A stretch of 64,000 nucleotides of DNA from Callorhinchus milii (lineage: Eukaryota), in the NCBI RefSeq assembly GCF_018977255.1, contig NW_024704742.1:43712001-43776000 (forward strand). The letters are read 5' to 3'. How positions within the stretch are numbered: position 1 is the stretch's first letter; every line of letters starts with the position of its first letter. Both the position numbers and the translations under genes were made by a program. Positions 25,677 through 40,147 of this stretch are shown one piece after another. Below the pieces are notes generated by a model. It saw nothing but the letters and a program-made list of their open reading frames with translations. It did not search any database and was not told the DNA's origin.

Positions 25677-28029
25677 CTAGAGAAAAAAAATTTAAAGTTA
25701 AAAGTAATAAAAAGGAGATACCGGGGGCAATTTATTTAAAAAGCATGCTCAGATTCTAACTATATTGAACAAGATATTTCTCATTTGTAGCCTTTTAAAA
25801 TCAGAATGAATCTTTGAAAAATTATAGCACAAAAGGCCCATTGGGTCTCTACTGGTACTAGCTCCCCATCTACTGTAATGTCTACTGTAATTCCATTCCA
25901 CTAAATTTCTCCCTATATCTTTAGTATAATTTTCTTCAAGTATTTATAGCAGCTGCATGTTAAATGCTGTTTTGGATTTAACTTTAACCACCATTTCTGG
26001 TAAAGTTTCCACATTCTAACAATCCTCTCTTTATACATAAGCAAAACCTGCAAACTTTAAAAAAAATCTTCCCTTTAAATTGCATTATTTTTGTCTACTT
26101 TTTGGCTGACATTTACAGTCTTTCATCTTACACAGTAAAGGTTGACTGCACAGTCATGGAAACTGGTTTGGTGAAGATATTGAGCCAACAGTTTGAGGGA
26201 GATGTACAAACACCTGATAATATCTAATTCAGCTCCCTTGCTCTTCAATGTTGTAATTCCCCCAAATAAAATCTTTCCAATGAAATCTTCAGTACAAGAA
26301 TGTTTAAAAGTAATATCGGTAAAAGGAAAACTTTGAAATAGTAGGAAGTGGAATGAATCAACTATATTTTTAAAGGTGTGATTTGAAAAGAGGGAATCTA
26401 TGAGAACGAGACTGTCTCTTTAAAACTAGTTTCTGCTTATCTTGCCCCAGTGGAATATTTGATCTGTAGCCAACACTTATTAAGTATTCTGGCTTAGCCA
26501 GCAGACTTTTGAACAATAGGACTAAGAATTCCTGGCAGTTAATCCCGTTAAAACATGCCACTAATTTGCAAAGCAATTCTGGGCGAAAAATTTCTACCCA
26601 TTCATTGAAAAAGAATCAAATTTCCACCTTTCATGTTGCAATCGGGATTTCCAGTGACAACTTATTTAATGATTATTTCTATCAGAATTGAATCAGAATT
26701 TTACTGTGACATTTAAAAAGGAAATAGGTAGATTCTTGAGTGACGAGGGCATTAAGCAAGGGACAAGAAGAAAACTTGAGGAAATGGAAATTTACTATTC
26801 AGTAAGCATGGCATTGTCTTCTTTGGCAGGACATTTTGTACTTTCCAGTCCTATAATAGGGGGCCTCTCCAGTCTGTTAGCTCCAGTTCTGATGAAAGGT
26901 TGCACTGGAAATGTCAACCCATCTTTCACTTTGAGATCCGGTGCATTGCCAGCATTTTGTGTGTGTTTTTTTTAATTTCACATTTCTAACATTTCCATGT
27001 TTCTCTTTCGATCTCTTTTTCACTGTTGTTCTGAGCAGAACACCGTGATCCTTGCTCTGTCATCTTGCTTCACAGCCAGCTTTAATCTATTTAGCTATTC
27101 GCATTTCATGAGAACATTGTCTCTCAAGTGTTACACCCATAACTTTACCCATGACCAGAGACCAAGATAGAAGCCTTTAATGTATGCACTGTCAGGTTGT
27201 AGAAGCTCCAAGGCTTTGTTCACAGGTTGTTTTTTTATATATAAAAGACAGCACTGAGCTTCAAAATGCAGCTGAAGAGCTTTGGAACAACAATGAATTG
27301 TTTTTGTAAGAGTGAAAATGCTGTTGGTGCGAAATGCTTTAATGTGCTGTACTTCCAAAGAATCCAGCTGTAAAAGCTAACACAGCTAAAGCCAATCGCT
27401 GACGGAAAGTAAAAACATGCAATACAGTAAAAATCATATAAAGGGTTATAAACTGAAAAGACTCTCTGCACTACTTCACAGCCCAACATCCCTCCATCTT
27501 GCTCCTAAATAGCATATTTTAATGAGAACTCGAGTCTATAATCTTTCACACTTTATTAATTAATTTGAATAATAACAAGAGATGTGCCGGACACTTAATA
27601 TTCATTGTACTCGGTAATGAACACACGGCTGAGAAGACTTTATATTTTGTGCACAAATCCTCTGTTATCAGCCACAAGTTTATCAGTCAGCTAACTGGTG
27701 AACGAACCAGCAATTTCACAGCTGCATTGAGATGCAATGACGTTTTGTTGAAATCATGTCTGATTATCAAATTCAGTTTAGGCTCCAAAGATGTCTCAAA
27801 ATTGTCTGGAGAGGAGGGGAATGGAATTAAAAGCAGATTGATCTAGTGGGGTTGAGGGGTGGAGAACAAAAACTACTATAAATACAAAGAGTTGAATGGC
27901 CTCATTTCTGCTGTAATTGTTCCTTGATTCTAAGAGTTGCACAAAGATAGCTTGCTAATCAGGCACAAAGTCACCCCAAGTAATTATTGAATAAATTCAT
28001 TGTGCCTCCTTGTTCTTCTTAATAATATA

Positions 28030-28565
28030 TCCTCCTTAGGCGGGGAGGTTAGCAGGGTCTCCTTGGAGTTGAACTGGCTCCAAGGTGACATGGCAGGCAA
28101 CGGAATGTCAGTATTAAGTCAGCCCTCTGTGGTGGTCTTGGTATTCTGGTTCCTGAGACAGGCGGGTCCACAGTATTTCAAAACACTGCTGATGACAGCG
28201 CAGCAGGACCTGGAAGGGTAGACCAGTCACTGGGGGCTGGGATTCATCCCACTCAGCCCTAAAGGGTAGGGTGGTCCTAGCTGGTCAAGACAGCAATATC
28301 AATGGCAAGCTATATGGTTTTAGCTAGATAGACTCCAGCAGCACCCCAACACACACTCTGGGGTCCCCAAGCCTTGGCTCTTGCCAACCTGCACCTAATA
28401 TTTTCCGGAATTATGTAAGCAGGATACATCCCTTCAGGGAGAGAGTGTGCATTCCATTCCAATAATCTATCTCTGGGATTTTCATGTGTAGGTGGGATGC
28501 ACGGAAATCTCAGCTTGGTTTGGATACTCTTAAGCACAGTGATGGGTTTCTGCATGTATCAGACC
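28030..28565 (-). mobile_element. Unidentified repeat family, copy C
   Basis: ORF 28310..28555 LEWNAHSLPEGMYPAYIIPENIRCRLARAKAWGPQ matches copies A and B. Confidence 0.7.
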
Positions 28566-29199
28566 CCCAAAAAAAGAATCAGTGGTTATGCTTTTAGCGT
28601 ATCTGCCCCACTCTTTGGAACTCCATCCTGGAATCTCTTCTCTCTCTTCCTTCGAGGTCCACCTCTAGACCTTCCTCTTTGACCATGCTTTCAGACATCT
28701 TTACCCCCTTGCACCCCCCGGCCCAGCTCGGATGCAAACCTTATGCTATTCGGCACCTTGGGATGTCCTCCCAATGTGAAAGATGCTATATAAATGTAAA
28801 TTTGTATTGTATTTTGAAGCTACATGAAGGGATGACATTCTCCTTTACTGGAGAAAGGATCTGGGGCAAGTGGTTCAATTCTGTGACAAGTGGGTCCTCA
28901 ACACAAAATAGGCCACAATTTGCAAAAATAAATAGCTATCCTTACTTAGAAAAGCCTCAAGGATAGTTAATCTGTGGAAATCTGGTGCAATACAGATAAA
29001 TGCATTTTGTTGCTGCAGAGTAGAAGGAGATCTGTCTGCTTGGCTCTGCTGTACCTGATCTGTGATTGTTTAGCGAAATCTATTAAAATCTACAGATCCA
29101 AAGTGTTAAAACAAAACATCTGCTCAATTCTGCCTAATTATTACATTACAGTTTATTTCTTTATTGCCTCAGATATTTAAATCTACTACTCAGCCAGTT

Positions 29200-29490
29200 A
29201 CTGTCAAAAGTTTCTTCACACAGGAGGGTGGTTGGAGTGTGAAATTCTCTGCCACAAACTGTTTTTGAGCAGAGTTCAGAAAGTCCTTAATAAGGGAATT
29301 TTATAGATTTTTTTTCAAGAAATAAAGGGATATTAATGTATAGGGGAATGAGTAGAAGAGTAGGATTAGATTACAACAACAGCTTCACACAGGGTACCGT
29401 CTTGGAGATTAGGTGGCTCCTGAGGAGAAATGCACCAATGCAGAGTTGAAGAGTCAAATGGTCCATGTGCTATAATACTGTGTGATTCTA
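29200..29490 (+). mobile_element. CR1 LINE 3' relic
   Basis: FFTQEGGWSV/NSLPQTV-like ORF2 end followed by a CR1-like UTR. Confidence 0.6.
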
Positions 29491-29648
29491 TATATAACTA
29501 CACCCCTACACATGATCTCACAAAAGGATTCTTGGTGATCAATGATCTTGTACATACCTAAGTAAGAAGGACATGTCAAGGTCACTTTCTCTAAAACCAT
29601 CAGATAAAATAGTTCTTAAATCACAGTATCTGAATTAATCTTAATTCA

Positions 29649-29834
<186 letters not shown>

Positions 29835-30269
29835 TCAATACAGTTCAACCCTAAACTTCCTCATATTCTTAGAAGGCCGAATTTATGAATTCTCCAAAAT
29901 GTGCACACTTAAGTTTTAAGCCAATAGTCTTTAGCCTGATTATTGGAAATTGTGTTCCTCTGATCTGTAAGTGTCTTACTCTATTAAACGTCGCAAATAT
30001 TTCACTTTTCAAGTTAGGTGATGCAAATCAAGTTATAAGGCTATTACAGATGTACAAATTGAGGATCTTACATATTTTGCACCAAGTTGGGTTGTACTAT
30101 TCACTGATGGAAATAAGATCTTTACTCAGCATGCATTTTGATCTTAGAGTTCTGTAATCTACAGTTTGGTATTGTGTGTGGTGGACTGCAGGTAATCGAG
30201 CAGGTTTGGGCTAAAGTCAGAACTTTCAACTCACAGTGTAAGCTGACTCTCCAAAACAGTGTGATGGGT

Positions 30270-30575
30270 GGAGGGGGGGAAGGAGCACTGCATTGTCAGA
30301 AGTGTCGTCCTTCCAAAGTTAAACTAAAATCTTGTTACCTGTTCAGGTGGACATTAAAGGTCCCATCGCATTATCTAAAAACAAAAGGGAGTTTCCCCCG
30401 GTATCCTGGCCAACAATCTCCTAGATTATGGAACATTGCTGTGCGCAAATTGGCTGCCAAATTTGTTTACAAAATGAAAAGTCAATACATTTTTACAATA
30501 AATCCTGTGAAACACTTTGAGACGACCTCCTATCAAAAAAGGTACCGTCTCAAAGCCAAGATTATTATTATTCTA
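30270..30575 (+). mobile_element. Older Deu-SINE relic
   Basis: gcactgcattgtcagaagtgtcgtccttcc...ttcaggtggacattaaagg...attgctgtgcgcaaattggctgcc. Confidence 0.7.
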
Positions 30576-30758
30576 TATTGTTTTGTCTAAGGTTTCCTAT
30601 GGTGTGGTGGGTGAAATATCTGCGACACATCAAAGGAACAAAATTTTGCTCTTCCACCAGTAAGGGTTAAATTGATGAACTGAGATTACAGTGCCAGGTC
30701 ACTGTGTAAAAATGTTATACAGTTAAGCTAACTTGAAATAAACAGAGCAATACTTTAC

Positions 30759-30912
30759 CTGTCAGGGACCCTGGGGGCAAAGCAAGAGGTAGTGGAATGT
30801 ACACAAAGGATGTTGTCTGCCCCGAGCTCTTGAATCTTGGCTTCCACAGTCTGCAGATCTGTGCGCAATTCGTCTCCTTCCAGCAGATTCTCAATCACTA
30901 TAGGTTCAAACC
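30759..30912 (-). CDS. SEPSECS: SEPSECS coding exon 5 (154 nt)
   Basis: AG/GT flanks; (G)[50 protein letters not shown](R). Confidence 0.97.
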
Positions 30913-31945
30913 CTGACCCAGAAATACAAATACGTGTGGAAATCAGTGGTTGGTGTAATTCACCCAGACACATTTAAGATTTCACCAGCACTCAATCATC
31001 ATGGAAAAACATGGCTTTCTAACTAACAAAACAGACCACTGATGACAAGGATTGACAAATAAAGTTGTAGAAGTGAATTAAAAAGTCAGTGTCCCAAAGA
31101 GAGAATACACAGTCGTACAAACTTCATTGGAAAACTACAAAAACATTACCAAACTTGTATCACTATCACAGTATAGATTATTGGGGTCTTTTAATCCATA
31201 ATGGTACATCAGTGTTGGCAAAAAGTTTTTTCGCTGAGGGCTTCAAACAAATTTAGTCACATTTGGAATATAAATTAAGGTCAGAATTTACAACTCATAG
31301 ATTCATTTACATATGTAAGTACAATATCCATCTCATGCAATATGCATTTTAAAGAAGCTCTTTATCGGGTCAGCTTAAAATTCAATACAACATTTGAAGT
31401 TAATGTTTAAGTGCACCTGACAGAACAGAAGATTAGACAATACACAAACTACTCCCATCTTGTCTGTTTATGGACAAAGGGAAATCATTTGGTATTGTGG
31501 TCATCCTCACCACCCTTCCCACATATATATAGTTACTTTGGCTTCACATCGACTCTTTACACGTGCAAGGTACACTCTGGGGTCATTATGTTGCGTTCAC
31601 CCAGTGTAGGGAATCTTTCATCATGGTAGACATCATGGAAAAATCCCAATGTAAGCATGTAGAGAAAGTTTGTTACACTTTGTGAACATCACCTAATACC
31701 TCTGAGTTATCAGTGCACAATAACGGTATGTAGCTTCAATCATGCGTTGCTTTTGGCTCCTTATTTCACCTGAATTATGCAGAACCAGTGCCAAAGGGAT
31801 AATAGTTAAAGTGTAAGTTTTAGTAAGAGGTGGTGGGGAGTGGGGGTAGGAATGAAAGAAGAATCATTTCTATCAAAGCCTCTCAATCCAAGTCAGTAAA
31901 CAGTTAATACAATCATATAACACAATAATATTAGAACTTTCTTAC

Positions 31946-32104
31946 CTGCAGTGATCATGGATTTGAAGCATGACTTCTGATCAATTCTTGGCCAAATGAT
32001 AAACTTGGCTTTCGGTCTTCTCGGCCTCAATGCAAGAAAACAAAGTGTCAGGCTCATGCCTGTTGCCATTGGTACAACAAAGCAGCTGGAAAGAGTTCGA
32101 ACAC
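31946..32104 (-). CDS. SEPSECS: SEPSECS coding exon 4 (159 nt)
   Basis: AG/GT flanks; (G)[52 protein letters not shown]. Confidence 0.97.
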
Positions 32105-34156
32105 CTGGCAATATAAGCAGTTCAATGAATGTTAGCAAGTTCTGCAATACTGCTCACCAACAAAGTGAACCTAAAGTTGGAACCAACTTCTAATGTGAAA
32201 GATAACAGCTCATAAGAGCTCAGGCTGAGATCAGCTTACTCAGTGCAGATTTGGGATCAAACTTGTCTCTATTACATGAGCTACCAACAAAAGAAGAAAA
32301 ATAACCAAAATGAGAGCTCTAGGAATTTAAACTGTGTATATTATCTAGTACATCGCAAATCAACCTACATTTCAAGGACGAAAGGCACTTTTTGTGAGTT
32401 TAGAAAATGCTTTCTTACAGCACAAGCTGTGCTCTTGTGTTTATCGTGTCACTTGAATGCTTTGATGGGTTACTGCTGTGTGACTCTCAGCAGCCTATTT
32501 AATACCCTATTATAAAAATGTATGAAATATTTTTTGATGAGCCTAAATAATTCGGCAGTGCTGCAACAGAGCTGCGCATTGCATCAGTGACTATACACAA
32601 TTAATGACATTGCTGGAAGGAAATTGGTCAGGTATGAATAATGGAGGAGTAAATGGCAGATATTGTAGATATTGTGGAGTACTGAGTTTCCGGGAGACAA
32701 GGAGAAATATTGCAGATCTTTCCTCAAATGATTAAATAACTGGGGTAGAGATCATGTTAGCTCCAATAACCAAAATGACTTGCTTTTATTCAATGCTGTA
32801 TGCTTTCATGTTCTAAACAGTACATTTATGAGCTTTTATTAACTAATACTTGGCTACCTCGCTTGCCTACAAAATACACAGTCACTACACTTTAGAATAT
32901 ATACTGTGAAGCGCTTTGAGAAGTCTCGACATGTGATAAGGCTCTATATCAAATTCAAGGATTATTATTATTTATTAAAGCTAGTTTAGAAAATCATTAA
33001 TTTGAATCCAAATTAATAAAATCACCTACTATTTGGTTCTTGAATTCTGTGCAGTATTGATGATATTTTAATGAAAACGCAGATGAGCAAGGCTGAATAT
33101 TTTTTGTGAAAAATTTTGAGCTAGTTTCTGTGCATCTCAGTTACATCTATTTGATAAAAAAGTACAGCTCCATTAATCTTAATGAGGTGCAATCTGTCTC
33201 ATTGTAAAAACTATTCATTTCAATGGGTTTGCAATCTGTTTCAGTTTATCCACATACACACAAAACATTTTCACTGCAATTTTCCAAATGTGGTAAGTTA
33301 TTGCTGAAGTACACTTGTAAACAATATTACTAAACTCATATTACAGAACATAAAAAGGAAGCAAATGTCTATTTTTGAACTGAGTTAATTTTTATTTTGT
33401 AAAAAATATTTTTTGCAGTGACAAACAGCCCCATCCGTTTCACTGGCACTCATTAATAATTTACGAAGAAACCATAAATCATAGCGTTTATAACTTCACC
33501 ATTATACAATTCCCCCAGGGACCACAAGGTCTGAGACTGGCTCAGAAATTCTTTTTTGTAATGCTATGGGGAGGATTGGTGGTCACAGAAGTAATAACAG
33601 CTGTCAAAATGTTCTCCAGCATTATTTTAAAATTAATGAAGAGTGAGTCTGAACTGAGATCAATATGATTTGAACACCTGAATTATTATTCCTTTCCCTC
33701 CACCTCCCTTTCTTTCCTTCTTAGATACTGAAAATAACATAACATTCCACAATTGAGAGGGCCACACTCCTCTGCCAATTGCATCTGTTTCAAAAGAACA
33801 GAAGCAACATGAGTTTGACTTGCCCCATTTTATACCTCCCAAGACAGAGTTTGGAAATGCATTGTGTTAGAAATAGTAGGAAGAAACAAATCCACCTTCT
33901 GACATTCTTTGGTTGTACGAGGTGAGATAGGATAAAAACCAAGTCATGTCAACCTTTTAAACTTTATTTCCTACCTTCTAGGGTCACCTTCAGTTATCAA
34001 ACTATAGTATCATCCAAACTGCAAAAGTCAACCCAAGCCACCAATCGGCATAATACCTGACATAAGACGTGATTTAACAACCTTGGCATTGCAAACCTAT
34101 AATGAACAATTGCAGTGGGATTCCAGTTGTCTATTAACAACTTATCAGGTGAGACA

Positions 34157-34443
34157 TTGGGCAAGTTTCCTTACTCCACAAGCCTCGGTTTGCCTAGTAA
34201 GTAGGAACCTAGTTGTTAGTCGATTGGCGGATCGCTTTTCCGGGAGTAATAATTTCTTTAAAAAAAAATAAGAATTTGGTCACTAGGTCCATGACTGTTT
34301 GTGGGACACTGCTGTGCACAATTGGCTGCTGCATTTCGCCCACAAAATATCCAGTCAATTCACTTTACAGTATATTTTATGAAGCGCTTTGAGACATCTT
34401 GAAGACATGATAAGGCGCTATATCAAATGTAAGGTTATTGTTA
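34157..34443 (+). mobile_element. Deu-SINE, insert-bearing subfamily, 5'-truncated
   Basis: ttgggcaagtttccttactccac, insert, Deu core and tail. Confidence 0.85.
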
Positions 34444-34512
34444 TCAGATACTATATTCCTTGTTATGACTGCGTAAAAAGGACACTATAATTTTGCAAAA
34501 ATGTGATCAAAC

Positions 34513-34631
34513 CTGCCACTCTAAGAATGTCCAGCACTATCGAATTTGTGAGTTTGTTCATGAGGCTGGATCCTGCTGCTTTGGGTTGAATAGCAGCAAC
34601 GTCTCCTGATCGCCCGATCCCATGCATAAAT
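34513..34631 (-). CDS. SEPSECS: SEPSECS coding exon 3 (119 nt)
   Basis: AG/GT flanks; (R)[39 protein letters not shown]; includes the phosphate-binding GRSG..QPK segment. Confidence 0.97.
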
Positions 34632-35049
34632 CTAAATTAAGGCAACACAAATTCAAATCTTAAAACTGTTGGCAGTTTGTGAAAAGTTAGACTTATTGAA
34701 ACCTAACAGTGCTACACATTGTTTATTTAGAGGTATAGTTAAAATTGTTACACACAAACTCTTAATTCAAAGCACAAAAATTAAAAGATCATCTCTGCCA
34801 AAATCATCAGCCTCCTAAGACTGTACAAATGAATCCTCAAGTCAAAATGATAGCGCAAGATATATTTCAGCTTAGACCGCTTATATCAATGTAATTTCAG
34901 CTGCTGTTCACCAGAGAAAATTATCAGACAGATATATTCCCATTAGAGATTAATGTTTTGTAAAATTGATATAACATTTATGTAAAATTAATATAAAATC
35001 AATACAAAGTATCCTCACATATATCCTATTTAAGATTTTTTTAAAAATA

Positions 35050-36035
35050 CATAGCTTGCCATTGATATTGCTGTCTGGCAAGCTTTTCCACTGCTTGTCC
35101 AGCTAGGACTTCCCTACCCATTAGGGCTGTGGTTTGCAGAGTTAACATGAGCTGAGTGTGATGACTCCATGCCCCCAGTGACTGGTCTGCTCTTCCAGGT
35201 CTTGCCAATGAACCAGGATGGCTCTGCTGTCATCAGCAGTGTCCTGGAATACTGCGGACAATCCTGGCTCAGGAACCAGACTACCGTGACCACCACAGAG
35301 GGATGGCTTGGTTCCTACGTTCCATTGTCAGGTAAGTCACCTTCAGCTCCAAGGAGACCTCACTTACCTCCCCAAGGAGAATAGTTACTAGTTGGATGTT
35401 TGACATCCGATAAGTATGGGTTTGAGCCTCACTAGGTGGATGGTAGGTACAAGGAACTCCCTGCATCTCAGCATGAAACGGGTGATAGCATTGTAACCAT
35501 TTTCCCGTCTGCAGCTCGTGCACATGTCCCTTCCTATTCCATCAATTTGAGGTGTGGAGTTTAAGCAGCAGCTGCTTGCCTCCCTGCAGCAAATCAAGGT
35601 GGATTCCATGTGCTGGACGTTCGTGAACTCAGACTCCAGGTAACTCCTTCCAGCACCTATTGCCCCAAGTCTCAGAGTTTCCTCATCAGCTGTCTGGCAG
35701 GCAGCCGCCTTCAGTGTGGTGTAAGGACCTTTACAGAACAGCTTGTAACATCCAGCCACCTTGATGTTCTCGCAGTTCAAGTCCAATGCCATATACCCGG
35801 GTTACACAGCACCAGTTGCTTAATCCAGGACCTCATGCAAGGGGCCTTGGTAAATAGACGTGACCGCTGTGAAGCTGACTTCACCTCCAGGGTGCTTAGT
35901 GACAGGTCAGTGTAGGCTGGAGCCCCCGCCCCCATTCCTACAGCCACTTCCTGTGTTTGCCACAAATCCACCTCACTGCTTGATCCTGGAATTTGCAGAT
36001 GGCTCAGAGGAAGCCTCCCCGGTGCATCCCCAGGA
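35050..36035 (+). mobile_element. Unidentified repeat family, longest copy D
   Basis: 35050-35600 is homologous to the other copies; the GC-richer extension to about 36035 is unassigned. Confidence 0.55.
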
Positions 36036-36038
36036 GCT

Positions 36039-37045
36039 CAACAACAACAACAAGATTCCATTTATAAAGCGCCTTTCACGTCAGGAGGACGTCCCAAGGC
36101 GCTGCACAGTTGGGTCATGACCCGAGCAGGGGGGAAATGGTCAGGGTGAGGGGAGGGAAGGGAGGGAGAGAGGAGGGGGGAAATGGTCAGGGTGAGGGGA
36201 GGGAGGGAGCGAGAAGGGGGAAGAGAGTCGAGGGGAGCTGAAGGCTCGGTCAAAGAGAAAGGTTTTGAGACCGGCCTTGAAGGAGGAAAGGGAGGAAGCG
36301 GCGAAGGCACTGGGGGATAGAGTTCCAGAGCCTCGGGGCTGAGAGGCTGAAGGCCCGACCACCGATGGTAGGGCGGTTGGGGCGGGGGATGTGGAGCAGA
36401 CCGGAGCCGGAGGAACGGAGGGTACGGGCAGGTAGGTAGGGTGATAGTAGGTTGGAGAGGTAGGAGGGGGCAAGGCCGTGAATGGCCTTGTAGGTGAGGA
36501 TGAGGATCTTGAAATCAATCCTCTGGGGGATGGGGAGCCAGTGGAGGTGAGCGAGGGTGGGAGTGATGTGGTCCCGAAGCCTGGTGCGGGACAGTACACG
36601 AGCTGCAGAGTTCTGAATGACCTGCAGCTTGTGGAGGGAGGTGCCGGGAAGGCCGGCGAGGAGAGAGTTTCCATAGTCCAGCCTTGAGGTGACGAAGGCG
36701 TGAACCAGGGTTTCAGCAGCGTGAGGGGTGAGGTAATGCCGTAGTCTGGCGATGTTCCGGAGGTGATGGAAGGCGGTGCCAGTTGTGGTGCGGATGTGAG
36801 GGAGAAAGGACAGCTCAGGGTCGAACAAAACGTTCCTGACTGGCTTTGAGAGGTGGAGAGTGCAGCCTTGGATGCTGATGGTGTCGGCGCCTGAGGTGCG
36901 GAGGCGCTAACGCGAACCAATCAGGAGGGCCTCGGTTTTTCGCACGTTGAGCTGAAGAAAATTGTCTCTCGTCCAGGACTCGATGTCGGACAGGCAGGCT
37001 GTCAGGACATCGGTGGTCGTGGAGTTGAGAGTAGAGGAGGAAAGG
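36039..37045 (-). mobile_element. Young 5'-truncated L2 LINE (about 1 kb)
   Basis: ORF 36250..36828 FDPELSFLPHI...HAFVTSRLDYGNSLLAGLP...LHWLPIPQRIDFKILILTYKA; NFLQLNVRKTEALLIG; CpG-rich; tail gggacgtcctcctgacgtgaaaggcgctttataaatggaatc(ttg)n. Confidence 0.96.
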
Positions 37046-37387
37046 TAGAGTTGGGATCCAAATCCATAAAGGATACATATGTGGCGTACACGACCTGTGT
37101 GCAAACAGTCCTATTTAAGATACTAAAGGGGCATGAGAGCATTGATATAAGTGGCTTTTGAGGTTTAATCAATAGAATTGTTTAAAAGAGAACTGGATAA
37201 GCACCTGAGCAGTAAAAATCATTAAGGGACATGGAGAAAGGGAAAGTGTGATTAATTAATAAGGTAGCTGTAGCACAGATAAATGAGGTGAATCATGCCT
37301 TTCTGTTTAAAAATATTCTATGTTTCTATTAATGCTCTAACATAAAACCATCATGCAGAGTCACGTTGAGGTCTTTTAAAATTAACG

Positions 37388-37775
37388 TCCTCCTGGCTCA
37401 GTTGGTAGCTTTCTCACCTCCGAGTCAGAAGGCTATGGGTTCAAACCCCACATTGGGACTTTGAGCTCATGATTAACATGAAACTTTAAACTGAGGTCCT
37501 GTCTATCTTCTTACCTGGCCACTAAAGATCCCACGGCATTATTCGAAAAGAGAAGGGAGTTTCTCCCTGTGTTTTGCCCAATAATCCCACAGATAAAATT
37601 GATCAAATGCAAGGGATATTTACTTTCATTCATGTCATTCCTGTTAGTGGGACATTGCTGAGTGCAAAATGGCAACCGCAGTTGCCTATAAAAACATAGT
37701 CAATACACTTTACAGTAAATCCTGTAAATTACTTTGTGACATTTTGGCTAGATGATAGGGCAAGGAATATTATGA
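37388..37775 (+). mobile_element. Older near full-length tRNA-headed Deu-SINE (SacSINE1-like)
   Basis: tggctcagttggtagc A box, ggttcaaacccc B box, central block, Deu core. Confidence 0.75.
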
Positions 37776-38168
37776 TGTCATTGCAAGAATATGAGATAAT
37801 ACTCAGGAGATCAGTCAAGAATAATCTAATTGTTTGGATGTTTTAGCTTGCCTTTAAGCCTAGCCATTTATTTCACTGGCCAAAAATTCATTGCGGCTTT
37901 CATATATAACTTACTATATTCGCATTGAGTGAGGAATGTACCATATGTGGCATTAACAAAATATTTAATGGAAATCGATTTTGATTAAGAACACATTCCC
38001 AACTCAAATAGAACCTAGTGTAGCCACAGTAACACACAATTCAAATCTGATAATAAGCAATGCAAGGTGAGGTTTTCTTTGGCAACATGGAGCTGATATG
38101 GCAAGTGCTCTATTGGGGTGCCTCAGATGGGAACACACAAAGCAAACAGAGAGAATATCTGACTGTAC

Positions 38169-38323
38169 CTGTAGTGCCTTTGAGCAACTAAGTTTGAAGC
38201 CACTCTTCCTTCCCTCTCCCCAACTCCACAATTACCAAGAAAGTTGTTACTATCCATAATAGCCAGCTCATGTAGAAACAGTTCAATGGTACTCTCTTCC
38301 CATCCATCTTCTGGGCATTTACC
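38169..38323 (-). CDS. SEPSECS: SEPSECS coding exon 2 (155 nt)
   Basis: ttttctag acceptor, GT donor; [51 protein letters not shown](R); requires phase 0 entry. Confidence 0.97.
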
Positions 38324-39851
38324 CTAGAAAAAAATGGAATAAGATAGAATTCTGAACATTTGTTTTGAAAAAAATGTCATAAAGACATATATTGGACCTT
38401 CAGTGGGATATGGATCATTTAACAGAATAGTGGTTTGGCATGACAGTAACTGGGATTTATAACTCAACTCTTAGCCCCTGACACACAGATTCCTTGTATG
38501 TATTCTGATGATGTTTCTTTCCAGCAGGCTGAAGGCTCTATGCAGTTCAACTAAAATTTATGCATCCTAGAATCTACAGTGACAAAATACAAAATGGAAG
38601 TTACAAGTCAAACCCCAGAAAGAAAATCTTCACTGCTTACTAACATTTTCATTCTATTCCCTTTAATCATTTATTTTTTGAAAATCTCAATTTCCTATCC
38701 TGCAATAAGGAATAAGGGAAACAAATAGCGAGGGAAAAAAATGGAAAATATTTTGTAACTGTCTCCTTGGTAGCTGAGAAATTTAGTTCCTACAGCAAAT
38801 TCCCAGGTAGGTCAATTGGTTGAGCACTTGTCTTCGGATCAGAATTCAAAGCCCATTGGGTCCACTCAGCCCTAAGCTGTGCAACAGGAACACAAAACCT
38901 CCACTAGAGTAAAATGCATTCACTGTAGATGTTATACATATGCTGAAATCACAATGTATTACAAAGTTATAAGGATTCATTGCACAGGGCAAAGCCATTA
39001 CAATATGCTCGTATGGATCCAATCTCTTAGGCCCTCACATTATAAGAGAGTGCAAAAAAATGGCTCAGGAAGTAACATAAGTAGAGCTTCTTGCGCATGG
39101 ACTCAGGAAGCAACATCAGTCACATATGCGAGTGTACACTTCCAATTTTCTAAGTTCTGAGCCGGTGTGCCTGGGCTGTCAACAGCAGAGCCCGAGCAGG
39201 ACCGCACACTCACCTGGCTCAGGAACGGACTTCAGAGACCGCCACAGAGTGTTGGCTCGATTCTGACTTACCCTAGCCAGTTCAGCTCGAGGGAGACTCC
39301 ACTTACCACCCCCCCAAAGGAGGATTTTTTAAATCCTTTGGAACAACTTTCTAAATTTTCAATCTAGAATTAGAAATTACAGTGTTTGTAAGGATACAAA
39401 TGAAAGGAAAAGGTCAATTTTGCAGCTGCCAGTAAAGCTTTGAATGAATACAATTATGGAGCTATAGAATTGAATTCTGAGAGAAAATTTCACTTCCTTG
39501 GCAAATATCCACACTTTTTTTTGCTAATTACTTTGAAATACAGTAGAAACTTGTTGAGACAATGTATTATTGGGGTTTTTTAGTTGATGTGAATCATAAG
39601 TGAGATGAAATAACTAGAAAGGGTCTATTATCAGTAAGATACTTTGTCCCTGTTTACGTAAATTTTGTCTACTCACTACTGCAGGTTCTCACTAACCCAG
39701 ACTCAGAACATCTTAACTCTTAGGAGAACCACAAAAGCAGGAATTTGGTGTCAAATCAGGTGGATGTTAAACATCCCGTGGCAGTATTCAAAAAGAGAAG
39801 ACCAACAATCCAATTAAATTAATCATTCACTATATGGCTGTTTGTAATATA

Positions 39852-40147
39852 AATAATAATCCTTGCATTTGATATAGCGCTTTTCACGTCTTCTCGACAT
39901 CTCAAAGCGCTTCACAGAATATGCTGTAAAGTGAACTGACTTCATATTTGTGAGCAGCCAATTGCGCACAGCAGTGTCCCACAAACAGTTGTGGATTGAA
40001 AATGACCAATTTATTATTGTTTTGTTTTGGAGAGATTATTATTACGTGTATGGAGTAAGGGAACTTGCCCAAGGTTTCGCCCTGCCTGGAATTGAACCCA
40101 GGTGCTCGCTTGCAAGGCGAGTGCTCTAACCACTGAGCTACAGGACT
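39852..40147 (-). mobile_element. Near full-length young Deu-SINE
   Basis: Reverse complement of the 13214 family with an intact tRNA-like head. Confidence 0.92.

Noticed and set aside
36141..36920. 259-aa Ser/Pro/Thr-rich ORF
   Set aside because: Alternative frame of the L2 ORF2 fragment
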